A stretch of 51,093 nucleotides of DNA from an uncultured Planctomycetales bacterium (GTDB lineage: Bacteria; Omnitrophota; Gorgyraeia; Gygaellales; Profunditerraquicolaceae). Within the stretch, counting starts at the first letter, position 1. Each line of letters opens with the position of its first letter. Position numbers and translations under genes: made by a program. This document shows, one piece after another, positions 36,782 through 45,348 of this stretch. The notes beneath the pieces were generated by a model. That model was not told where the DNA came from. It did not search any database and saw nothing but the letters and a program-made list of their open reading frames with translations. Where the stretch lies: the NCBI GenBank assembly GCA_964399915.1, contig CAYNRN010000001.1:57646-108738 (forward strand). Direction: 5' to 3'.

Positions 36782-38571
36782 AGAGTTTTCCCGCGCGCAA
36801 TAAAAAAATTAAAAGTTGGGTAACTGCAATGGCGAAGATGTGCAACCCGGAGAAAATAGTCTGGATTGACGGCTCTGCCGAGCAGAGGACCGCTCTTGAA
36901 GAGGAAGCTACCGCTGAGGGGGAGATGATTTCCCTGAATAAAGAAAAGTTACCGCATTGTTTCCTGCACCGGACTGCTAAAGACGACGTAGCGCGCGCCG
37001 AACACCTTACTTTTATTTGCACCCGTAAGAAACGCGATGCCGGCCCCAATAATAACTGGATGGCCCCTAAAGCCGCATACGCTAAAGCGCGGGAAATCTT
37101 TAAAGATTCTATGATCGGCAGGAAGATGTATGTAATCCCTTTCTCGATGGGCCCGGTGGGTTCTCCCTTCAGTAAGATAGGGATTGAACTTACCGATTCC
37201 CGTTATGTGGTGTTGAATATGGTGATTATGACCCGCGTGGGTGAATCGGTTTTACGCCAGCTTGAAAAAGAGGATAAGTTTACCAAATGCCTGCATTCCA
37301 AGGCAAAGCTGGATATTAACAACAGGTTGATCCTGCATTTTCCCGAAGATAATGCTATCTGGAGCGTGGGCTCAGGCTACGGAGGAAATGTTTTATTAGG
37401 CAAGAAGTGCCTTTCTTTACGTATAGCGAGTTTCCTTGCCAGAAAAGAGCATTGGATGGCGGAGCATATGCTGATTATGGGTATTGAAGAGCCTGACGGC
37501 CACATTAAATATATCGCAGCGGCATTCCCCAGCGCCTGCGGCAAAACAAACCTGGCTATGCTTCTGCCTCCAGAAGGATTAAAGGCAAAGGGATACAGAA
37601 TCTGGACGGTAGGGGATGATATCGCCTGGATGCGCGTTGATTCCGACGGTTCGCTCTGGGCGATTAATCCGGAAACCGGTTTTTTCGGGGTAGCGCCGGG
37701 AACTAATTCCAAGAATAATCCTAATATGGTGGAGACCATAAAGAAAGATACGATCTATACCAACATGGTGCTTACGCCTGAGGGGACAGTCTGGTGGGAA
37801 GGAGCAGACGGTGAACCGCCGGAATCCGGTATTGACTGGCAGGGAAGGCCGTGGAAAGCGGGCATATGCGATGCTGAAGGTAAAGAGATAAAGGGGGCGC
37901 ATCCTAACAGCCGTTTTACCGTCCCGATTGTTAATTGTCCCACGGCATCATTTCGGCTTGACCAGCACCATGGAGTGCCGATATCCGCGATCGTCTTCGG
38001 CGGCCGCAGGGCGCGTCTTGCGCCTTTAGTATATGAGGCATTCAGCTGGAAACATGGAGTTTTTATAGGGGCAACTATGGGGTCAGAACTTACCGCAGCG
38101 CAGGTAGGTAAGGTTGGGCATCTGCGGCGTGATCCGATGGCAATGCTGCCCTTCTGCGGTTATAATATGGCGGATTATTTTCAGCACTGGCTGGATATGG
38201 GTGAACGCATGAAGAACCCCCCGAAAATATTCTGCGTAAACTGGTTCAGGACCGATAATCAGGGAAAGTTCCTCTGGCCGGGATTCGGAGAAAATCTGCG
38301 TATCCTGGAGTGGATACTGGCCCGATGCGATAATAAGGTTGGCTCAATAAGGAATCCGATCGGATATCTGCCAAAAATCGCGGACCTGGATTTAACCGGA
38401 CTGGATATCCCGGGTGATGTGATGGATAAGCTGTTTGAAGTAAATAAGCAGGATTGGATTGATGATCTGGCAGGGGTAAAAGACTTCTTCAAAAAATTCA
38501 AAAAGGATTTACCCGAGGAATTGAGGGATGAATACGAGGCGCTTATCCGGCGCTTAAAATCAGATGAGTGA
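36778..38571 (+). CDS. pckG: phosphoenolpyruvate carboxykinase (GTP)
   Basis: 597 aa with the kinase-1a motif FPSACGKTNLAML, WMRVD, and a GTP-PEPCK-specific C-terminal region. Confidence 0.95.
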   Translation: MKSFPARNKKIKSWVTAMAKMCNPEKIVWIDGSAEQRTALEEEATAEGEMISLNKEKLPHCFLHRTAKDDVARAEHLTFICTRKKRDAGPNNNWMAPKAAYAKAREIFKDSMIGRKMYVIPFSMGPVGSPFSKIGIELTDSRYVVLNMVIMTRVGESVLRQLEKEDKFTKCLHSKAKLDINNRLILHFPEDNAIWSVGSGYGGNVLLGKKCLSLRIASFLARKEHWMAEHMLIMGIEEPDGHIKYIAAAFPSACGKTNLAMLLPPEGLKAKGYRIWTVGDDIAWMRVDSDGSLWAINPETGFFGVAPGTNSKNNPNMVETIKKDTIYTNMVLTPEGTVWWEGADGEPPESGIDWQGRPWKAGICDAEGKEIKGAHPNSRFTVPIVNCPTASFRLDQHHGVPISAIVFGGRRARLAPLVYEAFSWKHGVFIGATMGSELTAAQVGKVGHLRRDPMAMLPFCGYNMADYFQHWLDMGERMKNPPKIFCVNWFRTDNQGKFLWPGFGENLRILEWILARCDNKVGSIRNPIGYLPKIADLDLTGLDIPGDVMDKLFEVNKQDWIDDLAGVKDFFKKFKKDLPEELRDEYEALIRRLKSDE

Positions 38572-39460
38572 ACAAGTATTATTGACAACCGAGTTTAGCG
38601 GACTAAAGCTTTTTAAACGGGGCAAGGTGCGCGATGTATATGATTTAGATGATAAGCTTCTGGTTGTTTCAACCGACAGAATATCCTGTTTTGACGTGGT
38701 GCTCCCCAGCGGTATCCCGCATAAAGGCAGGGTCTTAACCGGATTATCAATTTTTTGGTTTGATTATCTCAAGGGGATTATTCCGAATCACTTAATCACC
38801 TCCGACGTAAACGATTATCCCCAAGAAGTAAAGAAGTATAAAAAAGATCTCGCCGGGCGTTCGATGCTGGTCAAAAAAACCAAGCCCTTTGCCGTAGAAT
38901 GCGTAGTCAGGGGATATCTTTCGGGTTCGGGGTGGAAGGAGTATCAAAAGAACAGTTCGGTTTGCGGGATAAAACTTTCCGAAGGCCTCGTTGAATCTTC
39001 CAAGCTGCCCCAGGCATTATTCACTCCTTCTACTAAAGCCGATGCCGGCCACGACCAGAATGTGGAAGAGGGTTATGTTGAGGGGCTTTTAGGGGGTAGC
39101 GTCGCGCAGAAGCTTAAAGACACAAGCGTTGCAATTTACAGCAAGGCCGCAGATTACGCGCTGGAGAAAGGCATAATTATCGCAGATACCAAGTTTGAAT
39201 TTGGTGCCTATAATGAAGAGGTTATTCTGATTGACGAAGTACTCACGCCCGATTCTTCGCGCTTTTGGCCCAGGGATAAATATAGGCCCGGGGCAGCGCA
39301 GCCGAGCTTTGATAAGCAGTTCGTCAGGGATTACCTGGAAACCTTAGAGTGGGATAAGACTCCTCCGGCGCCAAAGCTTCCCGCGGAGATCATTAAAAAG
39401 ACTTCTCAAAAATATCTCCAGGCCTACAGGGAGTTAACCGGTAAAGAGCTGAAAATTTAA
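38564..39460 (+). CDS. purC: phosphoribosylaminoimidazole-succinocarboxamide synthase
   Basis: 298 aa long-form SAICAR synthetase with GKVRDVY, STDRISCFD and IIADTKFEFG. Confidence 0.9.
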   Translation: MSEQVLLTTEFSGLKLFKRGKVRDVYDLDDKLLVVSTDRISCFDVVLPSGIPHKGRVLTGLSIFWFDYLKGIIPNHLITSDVNDYPQEVKKYKKDLAGRSMLVKKTKPFAVECVVRGYLSGSGWKEYQKNSSVCGIKLSEGLVESSKLPQALFTPSTKADAGHDQNVEEGYVEGLLGGSVAQKLKDTSVAIYSKAADYALEKGIIIADTKFEFGAYNEEVILIDEVLTPDSSRFWPRDKYRPGAAQPSFDKQFVRDYLETLEWDKTPPAPKLPAEIIKKTSQKYLQAYRELTGKELKI

Positions 39461-39469
39461 GAGGGCAGA

Positions 39470-40468
39470 TTGAAAAAGTTTTTTTCCGTATTTTTAAGGA
39501 TAGCCATAAGCATCGTCCTTCTGGTTCTGCTTTTCTTCCAGGTAGACCGCAAGAGCCTCTTTGAAACCATCAGGACAGCAAACAAAGGATTCCTTTTCCT
39601 TGCCTTCAGCATCTTCGCCCTGAATTATATATTCTGTATCCTGCGCTGGGAGATGCTGCTTAAGGCGGTAAAGATCCACCTTTCTATGCGCAGGGTGATA
39701 ATTTCTTACGCCGGAGGGCTTTTCTTTAATCTTTTTCTTCCCTCCGCCATAGGGGGGGATTTTGTTCGCAGTATAGACCTGGCAACGCATACCAAAAGGC
39801 CGCGCGAAGTAATTGCTACGGTACTCCTGGACAGATTGAGCGGTTATACCGGGCTTGTGCTTTTGGCGCTATTGGCGGTATTATTCGGCTGGAAGTTGGT
39901 TCAGATTAAAAGCGTGCTGATAGCTATAGCGGCTATTACCGGTATACTGGTGTGCATCCTGCTGGTTTTATTCAATTCTTTTTTCTACCGCCTGGTAAAC
40001 CGCATGCTGCATTCTCCAAAAGCCGGAAAAGTAAGGGAATCGATTAAAAACCTCCATAACGAGATCCACTTTTTTAAGCATCATAAAAAGGTAATCGTCA
40101 ATAACCTGATTTTTTCCCTGATCATCCAGGCTGTGGTCCCGCTTAGTTTCTATGTAACTGCTCTGGCATTCGGGCTTAAGACTAACCTGCTTTACTTCTT
40201 TATTTTTATCCCGGTTATCGGAGCGATTACGCTTTTACCAATTTCAATTGGCGGTTTAGGATTAAGAGACGCCAGCACTATATTTTTCTTCGCTCAGGTG
40301 GGGATCAGCAAGGATTTTGCTTTTGCGATGTCGCTGATGAATTTCTTTTTCCTGATAGTTTTCGGCGCTTTAGGAGGCCTGATTTATGTCCTTACAATAC
40401 GTCATCGACGGATACAACATTATCAACCACCCCAGGTTCACCCGGCGCATTACCACCCCGGATATTAA
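39470..40468 (+). CDS. flippase-like membrane protein (LPG-synthase transmembrane-domain family)
   Basis: About 8 predicted TM helices and a PSAIGGDFVRSIDL motif. TTG start. The non-hydrophobic tail overlaps the next gene by 83 nt. Confidence 0.6.
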   Translation: MKKFFSVFLRIAISIVLLVLLFFQVDRKSLFETIRTANKGFLFLAFSIFALNYIFCILRWEMLLKAVKIHLSMRRVIISYAGGLFFNLFLPSAIGGDFVRSIDLATHTKRPREVIATVLLDRLSGYTGLVLLALLAVLFGWKLVQIKSVLIAIAAITGILVCILLVLFNSFFYRLVNRMLHSPKAGKVRESIKNLHNEIHFFKHHKKVIVNNLIFSLIIQAVVPLSFYVTALAFGLKTNLLYFFIFIPVIGAITLLPISIGGLGLRDASTIFFFAQVGISKDFAFAMSLMNFFFLIVFGALGGLIYVLTIRHRRIQHYQPPQVHPAHYHPGY

Positions 40469-40865
40469 AGACTGCCGGCTTGCTTTGATTCAATTCATAA
40501 TTTCAGATAAAATTTTCAGAAACCCGCGCAACAGCGTAACGGTTATTTTTGACGGATATTGCCATGATCAGCGGCAATACGGCGATTACGGCGTAAAAGT
40601 GATTTTCTCCGGCGATATCAGCGCTGACGATAAGATAAGGCAGGTTATTGAATCTTCGGCTAACCGCAAGAATATGGTGGCGGTTTCCGATGACAAAGAG
40701 ATACGCCTCTTTGCCAGGGCTTTCAAGGTGAAGGCAATGGCAGTAGATGAATTTATCCCTGAGCCGGTAAAAGCTAACGCGGATGATTCTGTTGCAAAAA
40801 CTGACCTTACTTACACGCAGATAGAGAAAATTAACAAGGAATTAAGAAAACTTTGGCTGGAATAG
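40386..40865 (+). CDS. NYN-domain protein (YacP/Rae1-like predicted RNase)
   Basis: YVIDGYNIINH...VTVIFDG...VIFSGDISADDKI...VSDDKEI pattern. GGAGG RBS lies 8 nt upstream. Confidence 0.7.
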   Translation: MSLQYVIDGYNIINHPRFTRRITTPDIKDCRLALIQFIISDKIFRNPRNSVTVIFDGYCHDQRQYGDYGVKVIFSGDISADDKIRQVIESSANRKNMVAVSDDKEIRLFARAFKVKAMAVDEFIPEPVKANADDSVAKTDLTYTQIEKINKELRKLWLE

Positions 40866-40872
40866 AAAACTC

Positions 40873-40901
40873 TTGACATAACCGCATATCCGTGATAAAG
40901 T
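40873..40901 (+). promoter_or_regulatory. sigma70-like promoter TTGACA-17 nt-TAAAGT
   Basis: TTGACA at 40873-78 and TAAAGT at 40896-901, with an upstream TG. AAAGGAGG RBS precedes ATG 40947. Confidence 0.5.
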
Positions 40902-40946
40902 TACAGAAATACCAGTAAGTAGAACTTAACCAAAGGAGGTGGTTAG

Positions 40947-41627
40947 ATGAGTAGTTGGACCGAAGTTCTAATGGACCCCGCCAAGACCGTACTTTCGCAG
41001 GTTGGGCAGTTCATCGTGAACGTGCTGTTAGTGTTGGTAATCCTTATTATCGGTTGGATAATCTCCAAACTCATCAAGACGCTGGTGGAAAGGGCTTTGA
41101 AAGCGCTCAAGGTCGACACCTTTGCTGACCGTATTGAATTAACGGATGTGATGGCAAAGGGCGGCATCAGGTACGCGCTTTCAGAACTGGTTGCGGTAAT
41201 CTGTTATTGGGTAGCTATCCTGGTTACCTTTGTAGTCGCTATCAATGCCGTAGGGTTGACCGTTACAGCAGATCTGCTTAACCGGGTAATCCTTTACGTG
41301 CCGAATATCATCGCTGCGATATTTATCCTGATTCTAGGTATTTTTGTGGCCACGGTTTTAAGCACAATCACCCAGACAGCAGCCAATAACGCAGGAGTTT
41401 CTCAGAGCAAGCTCTTGGGTAAGATCGTGGAAATAGTGGTGGTAGTTTTTGCGGTAGCCATCGCTCTAGAGCAGCTTGGCATCGGAGCAAAGACCCTGCA
41501 GTTGTTGATTACGCTGATTCTCGGTTCGTTCGGTTTAGCCACAGCTATCGCGTTTGGTTTAGGCTGCCGGGATATCGCTGAGAAGTTTGTTTCTGATTTA
41601 ATCGACAAGGTAAAAAGCAAGAAATAG
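40947..41627 (+). CDS. conserved TM-helix repeat membrane protein (mechanosensitive-channel-related)
   Basis: 226 aa with repeated long hydrophobic helices separated by short amphipathic linkers. The N-terminus resembles the TM_helix repeat family. Confidence 0.55.
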   Translation: MSSWTEVLMDPAKTVLSQVGQFIVNVLLVLVILIIGWIISKLIKTLVERALKALKVDTFADRIELTDVMAKGGIRYALSELVAVICYWVAILVTFVVAINAVGLTVTADLLNRVILYVPNIIAAIFILILGIFVATVLSTITQTAANNAGVSQSKLLGKIVEIVVVVFAVAIALEQLGIGAKTLQLLITLILGSFGLATAIAFGLGCRDIAEKFVSDLIDKVKSKK

Positions 41628-41657
41628 AAGCTGATTCAGCAGAGTAGCTTCAACTAG

Positions 41658-41696
41658 CCCCGCGCTTTTCCGTAGATGGAAAGCGCGGGGTTTTTA
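41658..41696 (+). terminator. rho-independent terminator
   Basis: CCCCGCGCTTTTCC - GTAGAT - GGAAAGCGCGGGG, a 13-bp stem with one bulge, followed by TTTTT. Confidence 0.85.
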
Positions 41697-41724
41697 TCTT
41701 TAGCCTGTAATTTAATAGCTGTTT

Positions 41725-41733
41725 TGCTATAAT
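41725..41733 (+). promoter_or_regulatory. extended -10 promoter TGcTATAAT upstream of the permease gene
   Basis: TG at 41725-26 and TATAAT at 41728-33. AGGAGG at 41745-50 precedes the TTG start at 41756. Confidence 0.5.
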
Positions 41734-41755
41734 ATTTAAGAAATAGGAGGCCTGG

Positions 41756-42715
41756 TTGTATCGTTTAACCGAGTGGTTTGTATTTGATTTGCTGAATATA
41801 TCCCGCCAAGCTCATTTCGGGGAGGCCCTGCAATTTTTTCTTTACGATTCGATAAAGATAATCCTGCTTTTGTTTGCAATGATCAGCGTAGTCGGTTTTA
41901 CCCGCTCCTTTCTGTCTGCCAGCAGGATCAAAAGGTGGCTTACTAGGCGCGGGATAATCGGAAACCTCCTGGCGTCATTGTTCGGCGCGGTTACGCCGTT
42001 TTGCTCATGTTCCTCCATACCTATATTCTTAGGTTGTATTGAGGCCGGTATTCCGCTTGGAGTAGCTTTTTCTTTTTTAATCACCTCTCCGATTATAAAC
42101 GAATATCTGGCAGTTCTGATGCTGGGATTCTTCGGGTGGAAGATAGCCCTTGCCTACGTTTCAAGCGGCATTCTCATCGGCGTGGCCTGCGGGTTAATCC
42201 TGGGTAAAATGCGCCTGGAGCGTTACTTAGCCGAGGATATGCTGCTGCTTTATTCGCAGTCCCTTTCAGTAGATGTAGAATACAGAGGAATTAAACAGAG
42301 GATTATATTCGGTTTAAGAGAGGCGATTGGGATAGTAAAAAGCATCTGGTTATGGATATTAGTCGGTGTCGGCATAGGCGCGCTGATTCATAATTATGTC
42401 CCGCAGGAAGCAGTGCAGAAAATAGTCAGCAGGGGGGGTGCTTTTTCCGTGCCGGTTGCGGTTTTACTGGGTGTGCCGATATACGGAAGTTGCGCTGCGA
42501 TTGTGCCGATAGCAGTGGCCTTGTTCCAGAAAGGGTTCCCTCTGGGGACAGCGCTTGCTTTTATGATGGCGGTTGCGGCATTGAGCCTTCCTGAGGCAAT
42601 AATGCTCAAGCGGGCGATGAAGCTTAAACTGCTGGCGATATTCTTCAGCATCACCGCTTTAGGGATAGTTATTACCGGGTATATCTTCAATATCCTGCAA
42701 AAGGTTTTAATATAG
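41756..42715 (+). CDS. predicted permease (ArsP/DUF318-like)
   Basis: Polytopic membrane protein with the signature TPFCSCSSIPIF. 319 aa. Confidence 0.7.
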   Translation: MYRLTEWFVFDLLNISRQAHFGEALQFFLYDSIKIILLLFAMISVVGFTRSFLSASRIKRWLTRRGIIGNLLASLFGAVTPFCSCSSIPIFLGCIEAGIPLGVAFSFLITSPIINEYLAVLMLGFFGWKIALAYVSSGILIGVACGLILGKMRLERYLAEDMLLLYSQSLSVDVEYRGIKQRIIFGLREAIGIVKSIWLWILVGVGIGALIHNYVPQEAVQKIVSRGGAFSVPVAVLLGVPIYGSCAAIVPIAVALFQKGFPLGTALAFMMAVAALSLPEAIMLKRAMKLKLLAIFFSITALGIVITGYIFNILQKVLI

Positions 42716-42716
42716 G

Positions 42717-42791
42717 ATGGGAAAAAATTTTATATTCGTACCTCCGGATGACAAATGGGTACGGTGGCGCAGGATGATTTTAGAGGGCTAA
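42717..42791 (+). repeat. intergenic repeat family, copy A (contains a 24-codon ORF, MGKNFIFVPPDDKWVRWRRMILEG)
   Basis: Roughly 75% nucleotide identity to copy B by hand alignment, and clear similarity to C and D. The core is ACCTCCGGATGACAAATGGGTACGGTGGCGCAGGATGATTTTAGAGGG. Confidence 0.7.
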
Positions 42792-42800
42792 AGAAACTAT

Positions 42801-44033
42801 ATGATTGAAAATAATAGAGTTGCAGATATGAAGAGGAGGGCCTTAGGGCTTATTATTTTATTTGGGCTGGTGAGCCTTTTCGGAGATATTGTTTATGAAG
42901 GCGCGCGCAGTATTAACGGGCCTTATTTAAAACTTCTTGCGGTTAATGCGACTACTTTGGGATTAATAACGGGGTTGGGGGAGTTCTTGGGGTATGCGCT
43001 GCGTTTAATCTCCGGATACGTTTCAGACAGAACAAAGGCTTATTGGTTTTTTACTTTTTTAGGATATGGATTGTTGATTAGCGTACCCTTGCTTTCTCTG
43101 GCAGGTGTCTGGCAGGTTGCCGCCTTGTTCATTATATTGGAACGGGTCGGTAAGGCTGTCCGTAGTCCTGCTAGGGATACAATACTTTCGCAGGCAAGCA
43201 AGCAGATTGGCACAGGTTTTGGTTTTGGGCTGCATGAGGCGATGGATCAGATAGGAGCGGTTGCTGGTCCATTAATATTCGCATCGCTGTTTATGGTTAC
43301 AGGCAAACAGATAAGTATTGCCGATTATCAAAAAGGATATGCATTCTTATGGGTTCCATTTTTCTTGGTTATCTTTTGCCTTTTTGTATCATACCGTAGA
43401 GTTCCCGGGCCCGAAGTCTTAGAAGCGGAGCAGAAAGATGATATTCCGGACAAGCTTTCAAAAATTTTCTGGTTGTATACTTTATTTATCTTTATAACGA
43501 CCTTAGGTTTTTCTAGTTTCATTTTAATAGCTTTTCATTTTAAATCTTCAGGCATCTTATCAGACGTTCAGATACCGTTATTTTATGCTATTGCAATGGG
43601 TATTGATGCACTAGCTGCTTTGACAATCGGGAAGTTCTATGATAGCTTAAAAAAGAGGAGCGGAATGCGAAATGCAGGTTTAAATCTTTTGATAACAATC
43701 CCGCTAATTTCACTGTTGATCCCATTATTTGTATTCTCAAGGAATCTGCATTTTGTCATAATCGGAGTGCTTTGTTGGGGTATCGTAATGGGAATTCATG
43801 AGACGATTATGAGGTCTGCTATCGCCGATATAACTTCTTTAACAAAACGTGGCACAGGATACGGCATTTTTAATACCGCTTATGGGTTTGCCATGTTCCT
43901 TGGGAGCCTTATATTGGGATTTTTTTATGATAAATCGATATCCCTTGTTGTCTTTACTATTGTTGTCACGGAACTATTTGCTTTTATCCCATTTTTTCTG
44001 ATTAAGAAGGAGATTGACATTAAGCCGAGATGA
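42801..44033 (+). CDS. MFS-type transporter
   Basis: 410 aa with about 12 hydrophobic helices in a 6+6 arrangement and a central charged loop (RRVPGPEVLEAEQKDDIPDK). Confidence 0.75.
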   Translation: MIENNRVADMKRRALGLIILFGLVSLFGDIVYEGARSINGPYLKLLAVNATTLGLITGLGEFLGYALRLISGYVSDRTKAYWFFTFLGYGLLISVPLLSLAGVWQVAALFIILERVGKAVRSPARDTILSQASKQIGTGFGFGLHEAMDQIGAVAGPLIFASLFMVTGKQISIADYQKGYAFLWVPFFLVIFCLFVSYRRVPGPEVLEAEQKDDIPDKLSKIFWLYTLFIFITTLGFSSFILIAFHFKSSGILSDVQIPLFYAIAMGIDALAALTIGKFYDSLKKRSGMRNAGLNLLITIPLISLLIPLFVFSRNLHFVIIGVLCWGIVMGIHETIMRSAIADITSLTKRGTGYGIFNTAYGFAMFLGSLILGFFYDKSISLVVFTIVVTELFAFIPFFLIKKEIDIKPR

Positions 44034-44132
44034 TTAAAAAATCAGTTTATATTCGCACTCTGGGCTGGCCGATGGTTACGGTGGCTCGGGATGGCTCTGG
44101 AGGTTTTACGAAGGATAAGTGCTTTGGAATAA
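44034..44132 (+). repeat. intergenic repeat family, copy B
   Basis: Core ACTCTGGGCTGGCCGATGGTTACGGTGGCTCGGGATGGCTCTGGAGG. The conserved reading frame (LKNQFIFALWAGRWLRWLGMALEVLRRISALE) has no start codon and is in frame with the MFS gene after its TGA. Confidence 0.7.
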
Positions 44133-44193
44133 AGGAGTTATAGAATTTCTGTTGTTAATGTGTAATCCTTTGAAATGTGGCATAATGTTGTAT

Positions 44194-44226
44194 AAAGTTG
44201 ACATCTATTTGGTAAATGTCAACTTT
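44194..44226. terminator. perfect 11-bp hairpin (AAAGTTGACAT - 11 nt - ATGTCAACTTT), flanked by A and T runs and possibly a bidirectional terminator
   Basis: Perfect inverted repeat followed by TTTTGATTT. It lies between the MFS module and the promoter of the next module. Confidence 0.45.
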
Positions 44227-44233
44227 TGATTTA

Positions 44234-44331
44234 TTACCCAACAGGATATGTAATATTAATATTTGTTGGGTAATTATTTTCTTGACATCTGTTACCCAAC
44301 AAGTTATATTGTAATGTGGTTTGTTAGGTAA
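44234..44331 (+). promoter_or_regulatory. two tandem 40-bp palindromic operators (TTACCCAACA-N20-TGTTGGGTAA) overlapping a TTGACA-17-TATATT promoter
   Basis: Operator 1 is 44234-43 / 44264-73. Operator 2 is 44292-301 / 44322-31 (TGTTAGGTAA). The -35 TTGACA is at 44282-87 and the -10 TATATT at 44305-10. AGGAGG at 44333-38 precedes ATG 44343. Confidence 0.65.
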
Positions 44332-44342
44332 TAGGAGGGAAT

Positions 44343-44663
44343 ATGAGAGGCGTGATAAAAGGTGCGTTAGCAGAAGAGCTTGAAAATTCTCTTCGGATGA
44401 GGAAAGAGTATGTGGAGGCATTGCGTAGATTGCCTAAAGGCTGCCTTGCGGTAAGAAGGATACGAGGCCATGAATATTATTATCTGGTAAAAAGGATAGG
44501 TAAGAAAGTAAAATATTTATACAAGGGAAAAATATCCGAAGAAGAGAAAAAGAAGTATAACGAAGCTAAGGATCTGCGGGCAAAATACAAAAAACTACTG
44601 GCCCAGGTCAAAAAGCAGATAAGATTTTTAAGGAGTTCGTTACGTGGAAAAGAAGCAGTCTGA
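44343..44663 (+). CDS. small basic protein of unknown function, a candidate antitoxin or regulator partner of the downstream nucleotidyltransferase
   Basis: 106 aa, lysine/arginine-rich, with a RGHEYYYLVKRIGKKVKYLYKG beta-hairpin-like motif and a C-terminal helix. Strong RBS. It overlaps the next gene by 20 nt. Confidence 0.55.
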   Translation: MRGVIKGALAEELENSLRMRKEYVEALRRLPKGCLAVRRIRGHEYYYLVKRIGKKVKYLYKGKISEEEKKKYNEAKDLRAKYKKLLAQVKKQIRFLRSSLRGKEAV

Positions 44664-45342
44664 TCTATGTCTTGAAATTTTAAGAAGGTTTCATAAAGAG
44701 GGCATCCTAGACGATTTAATTCTGATAGGCAGCTGGTGTATATATTTCTATAAAGAATATTTCAATAACGTTCCGTATATAGATCAAGCCGCCATACGAA
44801 CCAGAGACATTGATTTCTTAATAGATAGACCCGCCAGAATAAAACATACCGTTAATATTCCCGAGATTCTAAAAGATTTAGGTTTTGTCACAATTTTAAA
44901 AGGACGTGAAGGATATGTCAAGCTCGACCACCCTGATTTATTACTTGAGTTTTTAGTCCCAGAGAAAGGGAAGGGCACAGATAAACCGGTTCCACTCACA
45001 AAACTAGGCATGAACGCAGTTGCGCTGCGATTTTTGAATCTGCTTACCGATAATATAATTAAAATAAAAATCGAAGATTTTGATATTTCAATGCCCCATC
45101 CTGCCAACTTTGCTCTCCACAAGCTTATTATTTTCCAGCGCAGATTCAAGGAAGAAAAGGCTATTAAGGATAGGAGTACTGCTGTTGATATTCTGAAGGC
45201 TTTGATAAAGAAAGGCGAAGGAGCATATGTCAAACACATCTTTAATACCATGATTCCAAAATGGCAGAAGAAGGTTATCAAAGGGCTGGAAGAGGCAAAG
45301 GAAAAAGATATTTTAAATCTGCTGACTATTAAAACTGGGTGA
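44644..45342 (+). CDS. pol-beta-superfamily nucleotidyltransferase-fold protein (recalled as GSU2403-like)
   Basis: Minimal NTase signature LIGS-x27-RDIDFLI (hG[GS]...DxD), 232 aa. GTG start with AAGGAG 8 nt upstream. Confidence 0.6.
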   Translation: MEKKQSDLCLEILRRFHKEGILDDLILIGSWCIYFYKEYFNNVPYIDQAAIRTRDIDFLIDRPARIKHTVNIPEILKDLGFVTILKGREGYVKLDHPDLLLEFLVPEKGKGTDKPVPLTKLGMNAVALRFLNLLTDNIIKIKIEDFDISMPHPANFALHKLIIFQRRFKEEKAIKDRSTAVDILKALIKKGEGAYVKHIFNTMIPKWQKKVIKGLEEAKEKDILNLLTIKTG

Positions 45343-45348
45343 TAGGAA

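Noticed and set aside
41658-41690. A possible fifth, degenerate copy of the intergenic repeat upstream of the permease (CCGTAGATGGAAAGCG resembles CCGATGGAAACG of copy C).
   Set aside because: The similarity is limited to about 12 nt, and the sequence is fully explained as the loop and 3' arm of a canonical rho-independent terminator.
42740-42775. Resemblance of repeat copy A (CGTACCTCCGGATGACAAATGGGTACGGTGGCGC) to the guanidine-III (ykkC-III) riboswitch, which also sits upstream of efflux transporters.
   Set aside because: Only short segments look similar. The complementary strands needed for the H-type pseudoknot are absent (for example, there is no partner for GGTGGCGC), and three of the four copies are not upstream of transporters.
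44155-44421. An 88-aa minus-strand ORF spanning the operator/promoter region of the NTase/HNH module.
   Set aside because: It overlaps the hairpin, both palindromic operators and the start of the + strand gene. It is low-complexity and AT-driven with no RBS. The region is better explained as regulatory DNA.
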